Virus record (IMG/VR): IMGVR_UViG_3300020409_001194
Coordinates: 1 to 64,000 of that record
Reading direction: 5' to 3' (one strand)
Length of the DNA stretch: 64,000 bases
DNA from: a virus
Lineage: Duplodnaviria; Caudoviricetes
Shown here: positions 1 through 9,078 of the stretch, piece by piece
Numbering within the stretch: position 1 is the first letter of the stretch
Layout: each line of letters opens with the position of its first letter
Notes under the pieces: generated by a model
The model's input: the letters and a program-made list of their open reading frames with translations, nothing else
The model's database searches: none
What the model was told of the DNA's origin: nothing
Translations under genes and position numbers: made by a program

Positions 1-873
1 TGTATCTTTACCCTTCGGACCGGCCTTGATCTGTTCGCGTTTCGCCTGTATTCGAAGCTGCAGGACGTCTTTCGGATGCATAAGATCGGGGTAGATGATA
101 TTCTCCTGACCCGCAAGCTGTCTCTCGATAGCGGCTCGTACATCATCCGGGTTATCCTGATAGGCGGTACCTCGGACCTCGGGAGTTATCTTCTTAATAT
201 CGACCAACTCCTTATCCTCATAGATATGTTCCATGAGATTATCCCATGTTATCTGATGAAAGTTATCAAAGCCAATCAATCTCGGAGGTGACTTACCATC
301 GAGCGGGTCGACGTGATAGAACTGTGTATCTGGGAACTGTTTAATAATCCACTGATATCTGCGCTGCCAGTTCCTGAATGTAGGAGCACCGTTCAGAACA
401 CCTTCCTTCTTCTTTGCATAGTGTTTCTTACCCTCATAGAGGTTATTCATCAGACCGTTGTTATCGGGATTATTGATATCGGCTTCTGACCCGATACCAA
501 AGAAGTCATTACCTATCAGAAAGATATGCTTGTGCTCATGTACCTTACATGCCACATAGGTTGCGGATGGTCCGGCTGCGAACTTCTCCGGTGTAGGTAT
601 CTTCTTTGCACCGGAGCCAGGCTTAGGAAACCACGTGTAGAACCAGTTGCTCATGGGCCAATTTGGTGAGGTCTTCAATATAGTTCTAGTCATCGGTTCA
701 TCCGAGGCCACTAGAACATGAGGTGCAAACTCCTCACGATAGAACCAATTACATGCGTAGAGGATACCATACTGCTTGAGCTGCATGATATCCTTGCCCT
801 TACGTGTGATACCATTACCGATTATCCACGCGTACTTGCCCTTGGGTAGGGTCTTCTTACCGGTTCCCTTCAT
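1..873 (-). CDS. MptE/DUF115/Maf-like (sialyltransferase-fold) protein, truncated by window edge
   Basis: Not in ORF track. Manual translation from ATG 873: MKGTGKKTLPKGKYAWIIGNGITRKG...LYACNWFY...HIFLIGNDFFG, open to base 1. IIGNG / YACN / LIGxD motifs typical of this fold. Confidence 0.55.
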   Translation of the reverse strand, partial: MKGTGKKTLPKGKYAWIIGNGITRKGKDIMQLKQYGILYACNWFYREEFAPHVLVASDEPMTRTILKTSPNWPMSNWFYTWFPKPGSGAKKIPTPEKFAAGPSATYVACKVHEHKHIFLIGNDFFGIGSEADINNPDNNGLMNNLYEGKKHYAKKKEGVLNGAPTFRNWQRRYQWIIKQFPDTQFYHVDPLDGKSPPRLIGFDNFHQITWDNLMEHIYEDKELVDIKKITPEVRGTAYQDNPDDVRAAIERQLAGQENIIYPDLMHPKDVLQLRIQAKREQIKAGPKGKDT

Positions 874-874
874 C

Positions 875-1942
875 TTAGGTAGTTTCTGCATCTATCCTCT
901 TTATAAATTTATTTAGACCAGGATCGATATGTAGTAGCCGCTCCTGATTATGTTTACGGTCCTTTATAGTATTATACCAAATTTCCTGCCATTGTTCATC
1001 ACTCATGTGATATAATCTACTAATCTCCTCGTTCAGCATTCTTAATCTCTTGCCAGGGTCACGTTCGAGATCATACGAGTGGTCAATATACTTGTCAAAG
1101 AACTTCCAACCCTTACGTTTCAGATTGGTTATATGATGTTGTTGAGCCCAGTATAATGAGAGATTACCTGATCTCAGAGCACGAAATGTCTTCTCACTTG
1201 CAAATGTAGAGAGTGGACCACCATTGATTCGTGTTTCTGATACGATCTCCAGTTGAAACTTTGCTCTTGCCTCATAGCTATCTACGAGTGCACCGTTCTG
1301 ACCCTCGACAAGGTCCTGACCCTCACTGATGATTCTTTGTTTTACCTTACCCCAGTTATCAAAGTGTTTCTTTAGCGGTTCATTTATCTCAGGTCTCTCG
1401 AGTTCCGTCAGTATATGTGGACATCTGATCTCCATCTCCATATTACTATTTACTAGTCTCTTTAAGAGTTCGACACGATATGGATAGTGTCTTCTCATCC
1501 AGAAGAACATACGTTGTTTTCTATTTACAACCTGTTTGGATCTTTGATCCACGGGTACGGGTGGATATTTAGATATCTGTATGTCTACGAACTTCTTCCA
1601 GTATGGTACATATATCCAGTTCTTATCACATGACTGTGTAAGTGGTCCACTATTACAATGCCAGATATACATGTTCTCATAGTTCTTAAACTCATGCTTG
1701 ACATCAAACCACTCCTTAAACATATACTCCATTCCTACATTCAGTATGTATAGAGCCTTATTACCATAGGAATCATACATTCTATTCATATAGTCACGTG
1801 CCTCGGTGTATCTTTCAAATCCACCAAGGTGTTCAAAGTATATGACCTGTATATTTTCTGCGAGTGTCTTTAGTTGTGGACTAAATGCTGAATCTGCTCT
1901 CAGAGCGGGTACTTCTGTATTGTTTATGTCTAGTGGAAACAT
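875..1942 (-). CDS. Hypothetical protein, possibly glycosyltransferase-like
   Basis: 355 aa; C-terminal IVSET...SEKTFRAL...G(W)KFF...IDHSYD pattern seen in phage GT10/exostosin-like proteins; next to nucleotide-sugar dehydrogenase. Confidence 0.45.
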   Translation of the reverse strand: MFPLDINNTEVPALRADSAFSPQLKTLAENIQVIYFEHLGGFERYTEARDYMNRMYDSYGNKALYILNVGMEYMFKEWFDVKHEFKNYENMYIWHCNSGPLTQSCDKNWIYVPYWKKFVDIQISKYPPVPVDQRSKQVVNRKQRMFFWMRRHYPYRVELLKRLVNSNMEMEIRCPHILTELERPEINEPLKKHFDNWGKVKQRIISEGQDLVEGQNGALVDSYEARAKFQLEIVSETRINGGPLSTFASEKTFRALRSGNLSLYWAQQHHITNLKRKGWKFFDKYIDHSYDLERDPGKRLRMLNEEISRLYHMSDEQWQEIWYNTIKDRKHNQERLLHIDPGLNKFIKRIDAETT

Positions 1943-3102
1943 TCTGTGGTACCATACTTTATAATCTTCTTGGTTCGAGGAACATCAATGTCATATTCCT
2001 TATCTCCCCAAGGATCGATGAGTATAGAACCATCAGCAACATTATCTATTATGAACTGTGTAGGTCCTCTACTACAGAGATACACAGCGGGTTCTTCTAG
2101 ATATTTCTCATAATGAATCTCTTGTTTATTAAACATATCCATTTGTTCCTCTATATCTTCTAACCATGCGGCTACGAGAAGAGATGGAGAACCATCGAGT
2201 AAATCAGATTCTTTCTTGAATCCATTCTCTAGGAATACAATAGGTAATTCAAATGTAGTCAGAAAGTCTGACATCTTCTGTGCCTGGAAGTCCCTCGCCT
2301 CCATCACGGCTGCAAATAAATCATACTTTAATTTAATATCAGCTGATAATTTTCTAAGGGCTATGTTGTCTCTAGGGTGACATGGACCACCATCTCCTAG
2401 ACCTGGTCTCATGTACTTATCACTTGTAATTCTTTTATTAGATTTGGCTAGTGCATTAGCCACTTTCGAAGCATCCATGTGGCCAATCTCCATGGCCATA
2501 TCCTGTATCATATTAACAAATGAGATCTTCATTGATATGAATGTATTGTAGAATACCTTTATGCATTCGGCTTCTTCATATGTACCAGTTTCCCATCTTA
2601 CTGGTGCAGTAATTATATTCTGATAGAATGCTATCAGTTCTGCTCTATCTCCTGGCTCACCACCAGCAATCATCATTTCAGGATTTAAGAAGTCTTCTTT
2701 TACGGTACCCATTGCGATAAGATATGGGTTATAAACTAATCTGTAGTTCTTTGGTATGTCCATCAAATGTTTTCTAAATGTAGTTGGTAGTACAGTTGAT
2801 ATGACCACAACGAGAGCATCTGGTTCTGCATAGTCATTGAGATCATTTAACACATCTTTTAATGCTTCATAGTCAAAGTCTACGGGTTCTAGATTGTATG
2901 TAGGTTTATCACCACCATAATCATCTTGATGTGGTGTAGGTACCGCAATAAAAATAGTATCAGCACCTTCACATACTTCTTTCATATCAGTATTCATCTT
3001 TGTATCATGAATATGTACATCATAGTACTCATTCATAACTTCAGCAACTGGACCGCCGAGTTTACCAGCTCCGATGAATGCTACTTTCTTACCAGCCTCC
3101 AT
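1930..3102 (-). CDS. ugd: UDP-glucose/GDP-mannose 6-dehydrogenase family
   Basis: Rossmann IGAGKLG, IAVPTP, ISTVLP, YNP, KVFYNTF, catalytic GGPCHPRD. Confidence 0.9.
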   Translation of the reverse strand: MEAGKKVAFIGAGKLGGPVAEVMNEYYDVHIHDTKMNTDMKEVCEGADTIFIAVPTPHQDDYGGDKPTYNLEPVDFDYEALKDVLNDLNDYAEPDALVVVISTVLPTTFRKHLMDIPKNYRLVYNPYLIAMGTVKEDFLNPEMMIAGGEPGDRAELIAFYQNIITAPVRWETGTYEEAECIKVFYNTFISMKISFVNMIQDMAMEIGHMDASKVANALAKSNKRITSDKYMRPGLGDGGPCHPRDNIALRKLSADIKLKYDLFAAVMEARDFQAQKMSDFLTTFELPIVFLENGFKKESDLLDGSPSLLVAAWLEDIEEQMDMFNKQEIHYEKYLEEPAVYLCSRGPTQFIIDNVADGSILIDPWGDKEYDIDVPRTKKIIKYGTTECFH

Positions 3103-3238
3103 CGCCTTTACCTTTCTGTTTTCTCTTAAAGTGAAACTTACCAGATAAACCGGCTAGGACGAATAATGTACAACCAACAATAATTGCTGAACATATTAAT
3201 AACGCTTCAATCATAACGATTACATTCATATCATACAT

Positions 3239-3574
3239 TTACCATTTTTCGTTGTAGATAAATTCTCCTGTTTCATAGTCCCAGCCATTTGTTAAGTAGA
3301 AGTATTTGTTTCCTTTAGCATCTACTCCTAGTTTTTCTTCTGATGGTGGATGTGAGTGAGTCATAGGGTCATGGTCTTGACCAATATATCTAAAGGCTTT
3401 GCTACCTTCTGAATAACCGCCTTGTCCTTCAAGTTTACAAGGTGGTACGTGGTCAAACTCATGTTCGCATTCACAATTATGTTTTACACTATACTTTCCG
3501 ATATCTAAATTAGTACCATAGATGTACTCACCATTAGTCATCTTCATGTAAAGCATTTCATGTACTTGCGCCAT
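3239..3574 (-). CDS. Hypothetical protein (late-promoter motif upstream)
   Basis: 111 aa ORF; AATAAATA 4 nt upstream of ATG. Confidence 0.5.
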   Translation of the reverse strand: MAQVHEMLYMKMTNGEYIYGTNLDIGKYSVKHNCECEHEFDHVPPCKLEGQGGYSEGSKAFRYIGQDHDPMTHSHPPSEEKLGVDAKGNKYFYLTNGWDYETGEFIYNEKW

Positions 3575-3581
3575 AATATAT

Positions 3582-4310
3582 TTATTTTACTAAATTGAAA
3601 TGTCGTTCATAGACATGTAGGTTTTGAACTTGCCATACTATCTGGCCAGGCTTACATTGTATATCTTGGCATAAACGCGTAAGTACTGTTTTTTGCCATG
3701 CAAAATCATTGCGATAGCCGTATATGACATCGTTAGAACGCATTTGAACTACACAGTCAAGTAAGTCATTACGTTTGTAATATGTGACAGCATTGGTACA
3801 TATAAAATCTGACTTACCATTTTCATTGTATTCTTTCCATATAGATGGGCGAGTATAGATCATGGCTGCACGCCTTGAGTCTGGATTGTCAAGCAATTCT
3901 TCGACTACATGTTCGTATTGATTGTAGAATAAATCATCGTATATAAGCTTGCCATAATTAGAATTGATATTACCCCAAGGATCAGCAGCTAGTAGCCATG
4001 CTTGAGGTGGTGAATTGACACCATCTTTATCTTTACCTTCAGGACCATATATATCATATATGCTGGTTGACATAGAATCATACCAATCAATTTCATAGTC
4101 AATGTATTCTTTATTAGGAATACCAAAGATCGCTGGTTCGTCAGCTATAAAAGAAGCACCAATTAATTCTATAGTCTTAGAACCAGATCGATCCTTGGTA
4201 AACTTTTCTTGATTCAGTTCACTAATAAAGTGAGATCTGATATCAGAAACTTTTGGATGTAGTTTAGTCTTCGTTGAAGATTTTTTCGAGAATTCCAGTA
4301 TTTGTCCCAT
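3582..4310 (-). CDS. gp42: dCMP hydroxymethylase (T4 gp42-like, thymidylate synthase fold)
   Basis: KTIELIGASFIADEPAIFG, INSNYG, NPDSRRAAMIYTRPS, SDFICTN, MRSNDVIYGYRNDFAWQ, LHVYERHF closely follow T4 gp42 as recalled, including the dCMP-specifying Asp. Start uncertain. Confidence 0.9.
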   Translation of the reverse strand: MGQILEFSKKSSTKTKLHPKVSDIRSHFISELNQEKFTKDRSGSKTIELIGASFIADEPAIFGIPNKEYIDYEIDWYDSMSTSIYDIYGPEGKDKDGVNSPPQAWLLAADPWGNINSNYGKLIYDDLFYNQYEHVVEELLDNPDSRRAAMIYTRPSIWKEYNENGKSDFICTNAVTYYKRNDLLDCVVQMRSNDVIYGYRNDFAWQKTVLTRLCQDIQCKPGQIVWQVQNLHVYERHFNLVK

Positions 4311-4689
4311 GGTTTGGTGCCTCCCAGTCTTTAGGTTTAGTCAAATCAGGTAGTCCGTATGGATTAGGTCTACCTTCCTTCAAGCCAATTGTTTTATTTA
4401 GATTAGCTTTTAATACTTCTTGCCACGCTTTATTACCATCAACCTTCATAAGATCAAGGGTACCAGCTGCGAATACAATGAGATCAATAAGACCATCAAC
4501 TATTTCTTCAGGGTCTTGATTATCAAGTGCATTCTTAGTTTCATCAAGTTCTTCTTGACAACATTCAAGTCTGAATGCTAGGAACTTACCTAACATATCT
4601 TTATCCATTCTGTTTACTACTACAGGTACCATGTATTTCATATGCATACCTGCCATGTCTTTAAATATATCACTCATATCTTGCTCCAT
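4264..4689 (-). CDS. MazG-like/all-alpha NTP pyrophosphohydrolase (candidate dCTPase)
   Basis: EELDE...EIVDGLIDL...EVLKANLNK...DLTKPKDWEAP; adjacent to gp42-like gene. Confidence 0.75.
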   Translation of the reverse strand: MEQDMSDIFKDMAGMHMKYMVPVVVNRMDKDMLGKFLAFRLECCQEELDETKNALDNQDPEEIVDGLIDLIVFAAGTLDLMKVDGNKAWQEVLKANLNKTIGLKEGRPNPYGLPDLTKPKDWEAPNHGTNTGILEKIFNED

Positions 4690-4984
4690 TAAATATTGCT
4701 GAGAATATTAGAGGTTCTATATCTGTATTATACACTTTATGGAATTTATTTGCTGGTACTGGAATAGTGTCACCAGGTTTAACTGCAAATGTTTCATCTT
4801 CTATTTGCATAAGACCTGTACCTTTTGTAAATACATATACTTCCTCTTGTTGTGGGTCACTATGTGTATGACCATTGGTTTCTTTTCCTGGTTGTAGTAC
4901 AGTAATTGAAGGAACTAATATATTTAGTTCATCATTATCTAGTACGGCATAACGCTCGTCTTTCTTAGCTATTTTCCAAGTCAT
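4670..4984 (-). CDS. Cupin domain protein
   Basis: GHTH...QEEVYVF.KG.G and GDTIPVPANKFHKVYN motifs. Confidence 0.85.
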   Translation of the reverse strand: MTWKIAKKDERYAVLDNDELNILVPSITVLQPGKETNGHTHSDPQQEEVYVFTKGTGLMQIEDETFAVKPGDTIPVPANKFHKVYNTDIEPLIFSAIFNGARYE

Positions 4985-5240
4985 GATTATGTAATGCTAT
5001 AAGAGCGTAATGTAATATCTTCATGATGTCTGCTCTATTATATCCTTCTTTTTTACCATATCTTTGTGCATACTTTAGGACATTACCCAGAGCAAACCCC
5101 ATACCATGGCCACAATCAATAATAAACTCAGTAGACTGAAATTTATTTTTGCTATAGTGTCCATCGTAAGTTTTATCAATATAATTTTGTAAATCATCTA
5201 TAAGATTCTTTTCATTAAATTTGTAATTAATCTTGGCCAT
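4965..5240 (-). CDS. DUF3310-like conserved phage protein
   Basis: TYDGHYS...GFALGNVLKYAQRYGKKEG...DIMKILHYA; likely start MAKINY at 5240. Confidence 0.7.
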   Translation of the reverse strand: MAKINYKFNEKNLIDDLQNYIDKTYDGHYSKNKFQSTEFIIDCGHGMGFALGNVLKYAQRYGKKEGYNRADIMKILHYALIALHNHDLENS

Positions 5241-5514
5241 CCATCTTACCTCGTAAATAAGATACGGCAAAAGAACAATAATTAATCATGTCTTTATAGG
5301 TATCTTCAAGTGATTCGAACTTTACATCACCATCGGCTTCAAGTAAAGATTGGGCACGTAATAGTTTTTGATGTATCATATCATGAATAGTATCAACACC
5401 ACGTCTGTAATGCATGGCCTGTTTGATATTTGATTTTGGATTCTGATAATCTTTTGACTTAGCTAATTGTAAGTCAATACATTCTTCAAGTACTTTTACG
5501 GATTCTTTTTTCAT
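5227..5514 (-). CDS. Nucleotide-modification-associated alpha-helical protein (Nmad1/DUF1599-like)
   Basis: KSKDY...ESLEDTYKDMINY pattern; lies in base-modification cluster. Confidence 0.6.
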   Translation of the reverse strand: MKKESVKVLEECIDLQLAKSKDYQNPKSNIKQAMHYRRGVDTIHDMIHQKLLRAQSLLEADGDVKFESLEDTYKDMINYCSFAVSYLRGKMDGQD

Positions 5515-5974
5515 GGTGCTTTTTGTGTATTGTTAATAATCTATTAATATTATACTTCTTAAGTTGTATTTTTTTCTGTACCAGATGTTGTAGCCATTTC
5601 TTTTTACTTGTAAACTTATCACCAAAGAATAGCTTTAAGAGTGTATCATCTGTAATACCTTTTCTTTCGAATAATCTATCTATGTCAAACATAGTTGGTA
5701 GTACCTCATCAGCAGTCTCACGTTTGTATGTTTCATATTGTTGAGGATGATAGTCTTTTATATATGTTATAAAGTTTGCACTATAACCGCAGTTGAAGCA
5801 ATGACATACAAGACCTTGTTTCTTAGCATCTACCCAGAACCTTGCTTTACGAGGATTAGTAGCACTATCACCACATACCTGACATGACCAATTCCAAGAG
5901 TACTGACTCTTCTTCCTGAAGTTTCTAACTTCGTAGGTTAAAGAGTCAGCAATTGTAATTAGATTATGAAGCAC
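5486..5974 (-). CDS. Stand-alone primase-type zinc-binding domain protein
   Basis: CQVCGDS...KARFW...CHCFNCG resembles T4 gp61 N-terminus; only 162 aa, no TOPRIM domain. Confidence 0.65.
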   Translation of the reverse strand: MLHNLITIADSLTYEVRNFRKKSQYSWNWSCQVCGDSATNPRKARFWVDAKKQGLVCHCFNCGYSANFITYIKDYHPQQYETYKRETADEVLPTMFDIDRLFERKGITDDTLLKLFFGDKFTSKKKWLQHLVQKKIQLKKYNINRLLTIHKKHHEKRIRKST

Positions 5975-6449
5975 TAAGACCTTCCGTTAGGTGATGACCA
6001 AATTCTTTTTCAGCATCCCAAACGGTCATGCCTTTTTCGCCTTCACCAATGTTGATAGCAGTTTCCTCATATTCATCGAACTTGAATTGTTCTAACTCGC
6101 CTTGAGTATGAGTCCATCCAACTTCATCATTAAGTTTATCGACTATTGCATCAAGGTATTTAGCCGCCATAGAGTTACGATTTTCTCTGTAGTAAGAGTA
6201 GCTAAGAGTTTCGAGTTCAGTGATTTTTTCTTTCATCACTTCTCTAACTCTATCTCTTTCATAGTCTCCAATAACTCGTAGGTAATCATTACTACCTTTT
6301 TCGGCTACTGATAAGACTAGCTCATCATCACTAGACCAGGCTTCGTAAAGAACATATTCTTTGCCGTCTCTGACTCCTTGAACTCTGATTAATTTATCGT
6401 CATCTAAGAATGCATCTTCGATGACCGCTTGTAGATTTTTGAATAACAT
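5964..6449 (-). CDS. Hypothetical protein
   Basis: Start moved to MLFKNL (6449), which has GGAGG upstream. Confidence 0.55.
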   Translation of the reverse strand: MLFKNLQAVIEDAFLDDDKLIRVQGVRDGKEYVLYEAWSSDDELVLSVAEKGSNDYLRVIGDYERDRVREVMKEKITELETLSYSYYRENRNSMAAKYLDAIVDKLNDEVGWTHTQGELEQFKFDEYEETAINIGEGEKGMTVWDAEKEFGHHLTEGLSAS

Positions 6450-6474
6450 ATTTGGTGCCTCCGTTATAATATAG

Positions 6475-6654
6475 TTATACTGATTGTTCCATTCTTTTTT
6501 CGAGCATGTCTTCCATGATGACATCATTCCAATTTTCTCGATAAGCGGCTTGTAAGCCATTCTTAAAGAGATACATGTGTTTTTCATGGGCAGACATATC
6601 TGCGACTTTATCGATAATTTCATCCATTATCATGTCATTTACTGGGTGTGACAT
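6475..6654 (-). CDS. Small hypothetical protein (59 aa)
   Basis: Manual translation MSHPVNDMIMDEIIDKVADMS...MEQSV; GGAGG upstream; TAATG coupling to upstream ORF. Confidence 0.5.
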   Translation of the reverse strand: MSHPVNDMIMDEIIDKVADMSAHEKHMYLFKNGLQAAYRENWNDVIMEDMLEKRMEQSV

Positions 6655-6854
6655 TATAACACCTCCGCAATTATAGTTTTTGCGAAATCCTCAATAGCCA
6701 TGTGGTTTTCCCATTTTTGAAAACCTTTAACTATACAATAATCTCTAGGATCATTTTCCGGACCATCCAAAGTACCAAGTACTTTCACAGTTTTTTCAAC
6801 TGCACCTTTGCCAGGCTCCCAGCCTTTGCATATAAATGTTTTACCATCTAACAT
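6654..6854 (-). CDS. Small hypothetical protein
   Basis: MLDGKTFICKGWEPG...; GGAGG upstream; coupled stop/start. Confidence 0.5.
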   Translation of the reverse strand: MLDGKTFICKGWEPGKGAVEKTVKVLGTLDGPENDPRDYCIVKGFQKWENHMAIEDFAKTIIAEVL

Positions 6855-7198
6855 TACGACACCTCCTTCATGTCTTGAGCTGAGAAAACATTTTCCCAAA
6901 ACTCATCTGTTTCTTTTTCTTTCTTTTCACAAGTTCTGACTACCTGTCTCCAAGTAATAAGACCAGCTTCGTAGAAGTCTAATAACATATCACCAAAAGG
7001 TTCTCTGTCATTTGATTTCCATAATACTAAATCACCATCTGTGTAGAAGTCATTTTCATATTTTTCAACCGCATTATCAGTAGTTGAAAAACAAAAGTCA
7101 AAAAACTCAGATTGTCTTTTGTACTCTCTACCAGCAATTACAACTGATTGAGTTTCTAATTGCTCTTTTGTTTTTGGATATTTACATTTACCATTCAT
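6854..7198 (-). CDS. Hypothetical early protein
   Basis: 114 aa; AAGGAG RBS; downstream of early promoter. Confidence 0.55.
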   Translation of the reverse strand: MNGKCKYPKTKEQLETQSVVIAGREYKRQSEFFDFCFSTTDNAVEKYENDFYTDGDLVLWKSNDREPFGDMLLDFYEAGLITWRQVVRTCEKKEKETDEFWENVFSAQDMKEVS

Positions 7199-7231
7199 TA
7201 TTTAGTGCTCCTTTATTAATTTATAGGTATT

Positions 7232-7260
7232 ATTCTATACAGTTCCTCGTGAATGTAAAC
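7232..7260 (-). promoter_or_regulatory. Early (sigma70-type) promoter
   Basis: GTTTAC-17 bp-TAGAAT, matching T4 early -35 consensus; shares AACTGTATAGAATA with the 8230 site. Confidence 0.65.
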
Positions 7261-7302
7261 ACGTCAATGCATCTATATCTAAGCATATAACTTCTAGGAA
7301 TA

Positions 7303-7935
7303 TTAAAGTTTTGATCTCATAGCAGCCATTTTTTCTCTAGCTGCATGCCATCTTTCAAATGTATAAGGTGTGGGATGCTTACCTACTTTCAATCCAAGTT
7401 TCTTGAATTCTTTCTTTAGTATGTCATGACATTCTCTACCCATAAAGGCTGATACTAATTTTAAGAGTACATTTCTAAACTCACGACCATGATGCATCTG
7501 ACCCGCAGCATGTGATAGTTCATGTAGTAGTACATATAAGTTGTAGCCATTCACTTTATCAAGTGTAATCTCATAGATGTATGACCATCCATGACAACCA
7601 CGTCCTTGGTAATTGGCTTTATCTCGTATCTTAACTTTATGACCACCTTTAGCATCTACCTTTTTAAATGCTGCAGACTTACAGATTTGATTTGCTCGCT
7701 TCTGTATTTCTTCTAAAGTCTTGTAGGTTTTTTGTTTTGATTTAAAGGCATCAGTTTTGTATAAGGCTCTTTCTGCTTTATATACTTTGCCTGCTTCTGT
7801 ATCTCGTTTGTTCTCCATTCGAGACATGCTATGTTTTTTCTTGTGCTGATTTAGATATCTAATGTATGCTCTTTGCTCGCCAACCATGATATCTTCACGC
7901 TGATTGACTGCTTCCTTAAATGGAATGTAGTCCAT
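7303..7935 (-). CDS. HEXXH zinc-metallopeptidase-like protein
   Basis: VLLHELSH....HHGREF motif; AAGGAG RBS. Confidence 0.65.
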   Translation of the reverse strand: MDYIPFKEAVNQREDIMVGEQRAYIRYLNQHKKKHSMSRMENKRDTEAGKVYKAERALYKTDAFKSKQKTYKTLEEIQKRANQICKSAAFKKVDAKGGHKVKIRDKANYQGRGCHGWSYIYEITLDKVNGYNLYVLLHELSHAAGQMHHGREFRNVLLKLVSAFMGRECHDILKKEFKKLGLKVGKHPTPYTFERWHAAREKMAAMRSKL

Positions 7936-7953
7936 ATTTTCTCCTTGCTATAT

Positions 7954-8190
7954 TTATTTCATATCGTTCAAAGTTGGCTCGTCAGATTTTTTACGTTTTC
8001 TGGTAGACCAAACTTTGATGAGATTTTCGATATGTTTGATTTTGATGTTGAGACCCCTGAAGTTTTCAGGATGCTCACGTCTTTCCTGAAGTAATTCTTC
8101 TAGAAATTTGACCTTTCCCTTTTTAGTTCTAATTTTTTGGAATGGTTTATAAAGTAATTCTTCTTTATTAGTCTTTGTATACTTAGGCAT
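7954..8190 (-). CDS. Small basic hypothetical early protein
   Basis: 78 aa; AAGGAG RBS; follows early promoter. Confidence 0.5.
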   Translation of the reverse strand: MPKYTKTNKEELLYKPFQKIRTKKGKVKFLEELLQERREHPENFRGLNIKIKHIENLIKVWSTRKRKKSDEPTLNDMK

Positions 8191-8229
8191 ATTATTTGGT
8201 ACTCCTTCTTGATATATTAATTATACTCT

Positions 8230-8258
8230 ATTCTATACAGTTTTTCAAGGATGTACAC
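8230..8258 (-). promoter_or_regulatory. Early (sigma70-type) promoter
   Basis: GTGTAC-17 bp-TAGAAT; near copy of the 7232 promoter. Confidence 0.6.
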
Positions 8259-8294
8259 AACTTTGTTTCGTTTGAAATCAATAACTTAGGGGAT

Positions 8295-8371
8295 TGGCCT
8301 CCACGGTAGGACTCGAACCTACAACCCTCGGCTTAGAAGGCCGATGCTCTATCCAGTTGAGCTACGTGGAG
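8295..8371 (-). tRNA. tRNA-Arg (anticodon UCU)
   Basis: Reverse complement folds as cloverleaf: acceptor CTCCACG/CGTGGAG, D arm AGCTCAACTGGATAGAGC, anticodon arm TCGGC-CTTCTAA-GCCGA, GGTTCGAGTCC T arm, encoded CCA. Confidence 0.97.
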
Positions 8372-8830
8372 TTAGGCGAAATAGTGTAGGTTAATCCAGT
8401 CACAGGTCATGGCTGGTTTTTTCTGTCCTTCGATTTCAATGACAATATCAATAACTGTTCTAAATCTATTGCCAAGTTTCTTATATGATTTAAGAGTGAA
8501 GTGTGCTCTGATTCTTTCATCTGCTTTTACTGCCTGTCTAAACTTAAGGTTCTCTACTCCGACATTAGTGGCCATAACCTGACCAGCAAATGGTTTTATA
8601 ATCTCATAACTAAATTTAGGTAGGAAAGATAGTATCAGAAAACCATGAGATATGATACCACCGAATGGTGTAGCCTTAGCATAGTTCTCATCAGTATGAA
8701 TTGGTTGGTCATCACCAACTAAGGCACCATATAGTTGTATTAACTCTTTGTCAATAGTTTCCCATGACGATGTAAGTTTTACACCTATATGTTCTTTGTA
8801 TTTTTTATCGGCAGCATCAATGGTATTCAC
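8372..8830 (-). CDS. MaoC-family (R)-enoyl-CoA hydratase/dehydratase
   Basis: GDDQPIHTD...TPFGGIISHG hydratase-2 motif. Confidence 0.88.
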   Translation of the reverse strand: MNTIDAADKKYKEHIGVKLTSSWETIDKELIQLYGALVGDDQPIHTDENYAKATPFGGIISHGFLILSFLPKFSYEIIKPFAGQVMATNVGVENLKFRQAVKADERIRAHFTLKSYKKLGNRFRTVIDIVIEIEGQKKPAMTCDWINLHYFA

Positions 8831-9075
8831 AGAAGTTTTTGCTCATCTAGTTGTTGCTTAAACTGATCGTATCCACCGATATTTTTACCATCAATAAAGA
8901 TTTGTGGAAATGTTCTAGCATTTGGTTGTAGCTTCAATAATTCTTCCATAGTAAAATCTTCATTCAGCATTAACTTCTCGTATGTATGTTTACTTTCCTG
9001 TACAAATTGTTGTGCTGCTCTTTCAGCCATATCACAGTACGTACATGGTTCTTTAGAATAAATTTTTATATGCAT
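8827..9075 (-). CDS. grx: Glutaredoxin
   Basis: CTYC, RTFPQIFIDG, IGGYD. Confidence 0.92.
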   Translation of the reverse strand: MHIKIYSKEPCTYCDMAERAAQQFVQESKHTYEKLMLNEDFTMEELLKLQPNARTFPQIFIDGKNIGGYDQFKQQLDEQKLL

Positions 9076-9078
9076 AAC

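Noticed and set aside
4264-4310. Possible ACG start for the gp42-like gene (AACGAAGACTAA overlap with upstream stop)
   Set aside because: An in-frame ATG exists at 4310; cannot be distinguished from sequence alone.
8276-8371. tRNA plus IHF-like site as prophage attachment site
   Set aside because: No integrase, no duplicated tRNA end, phage genes on both sides.
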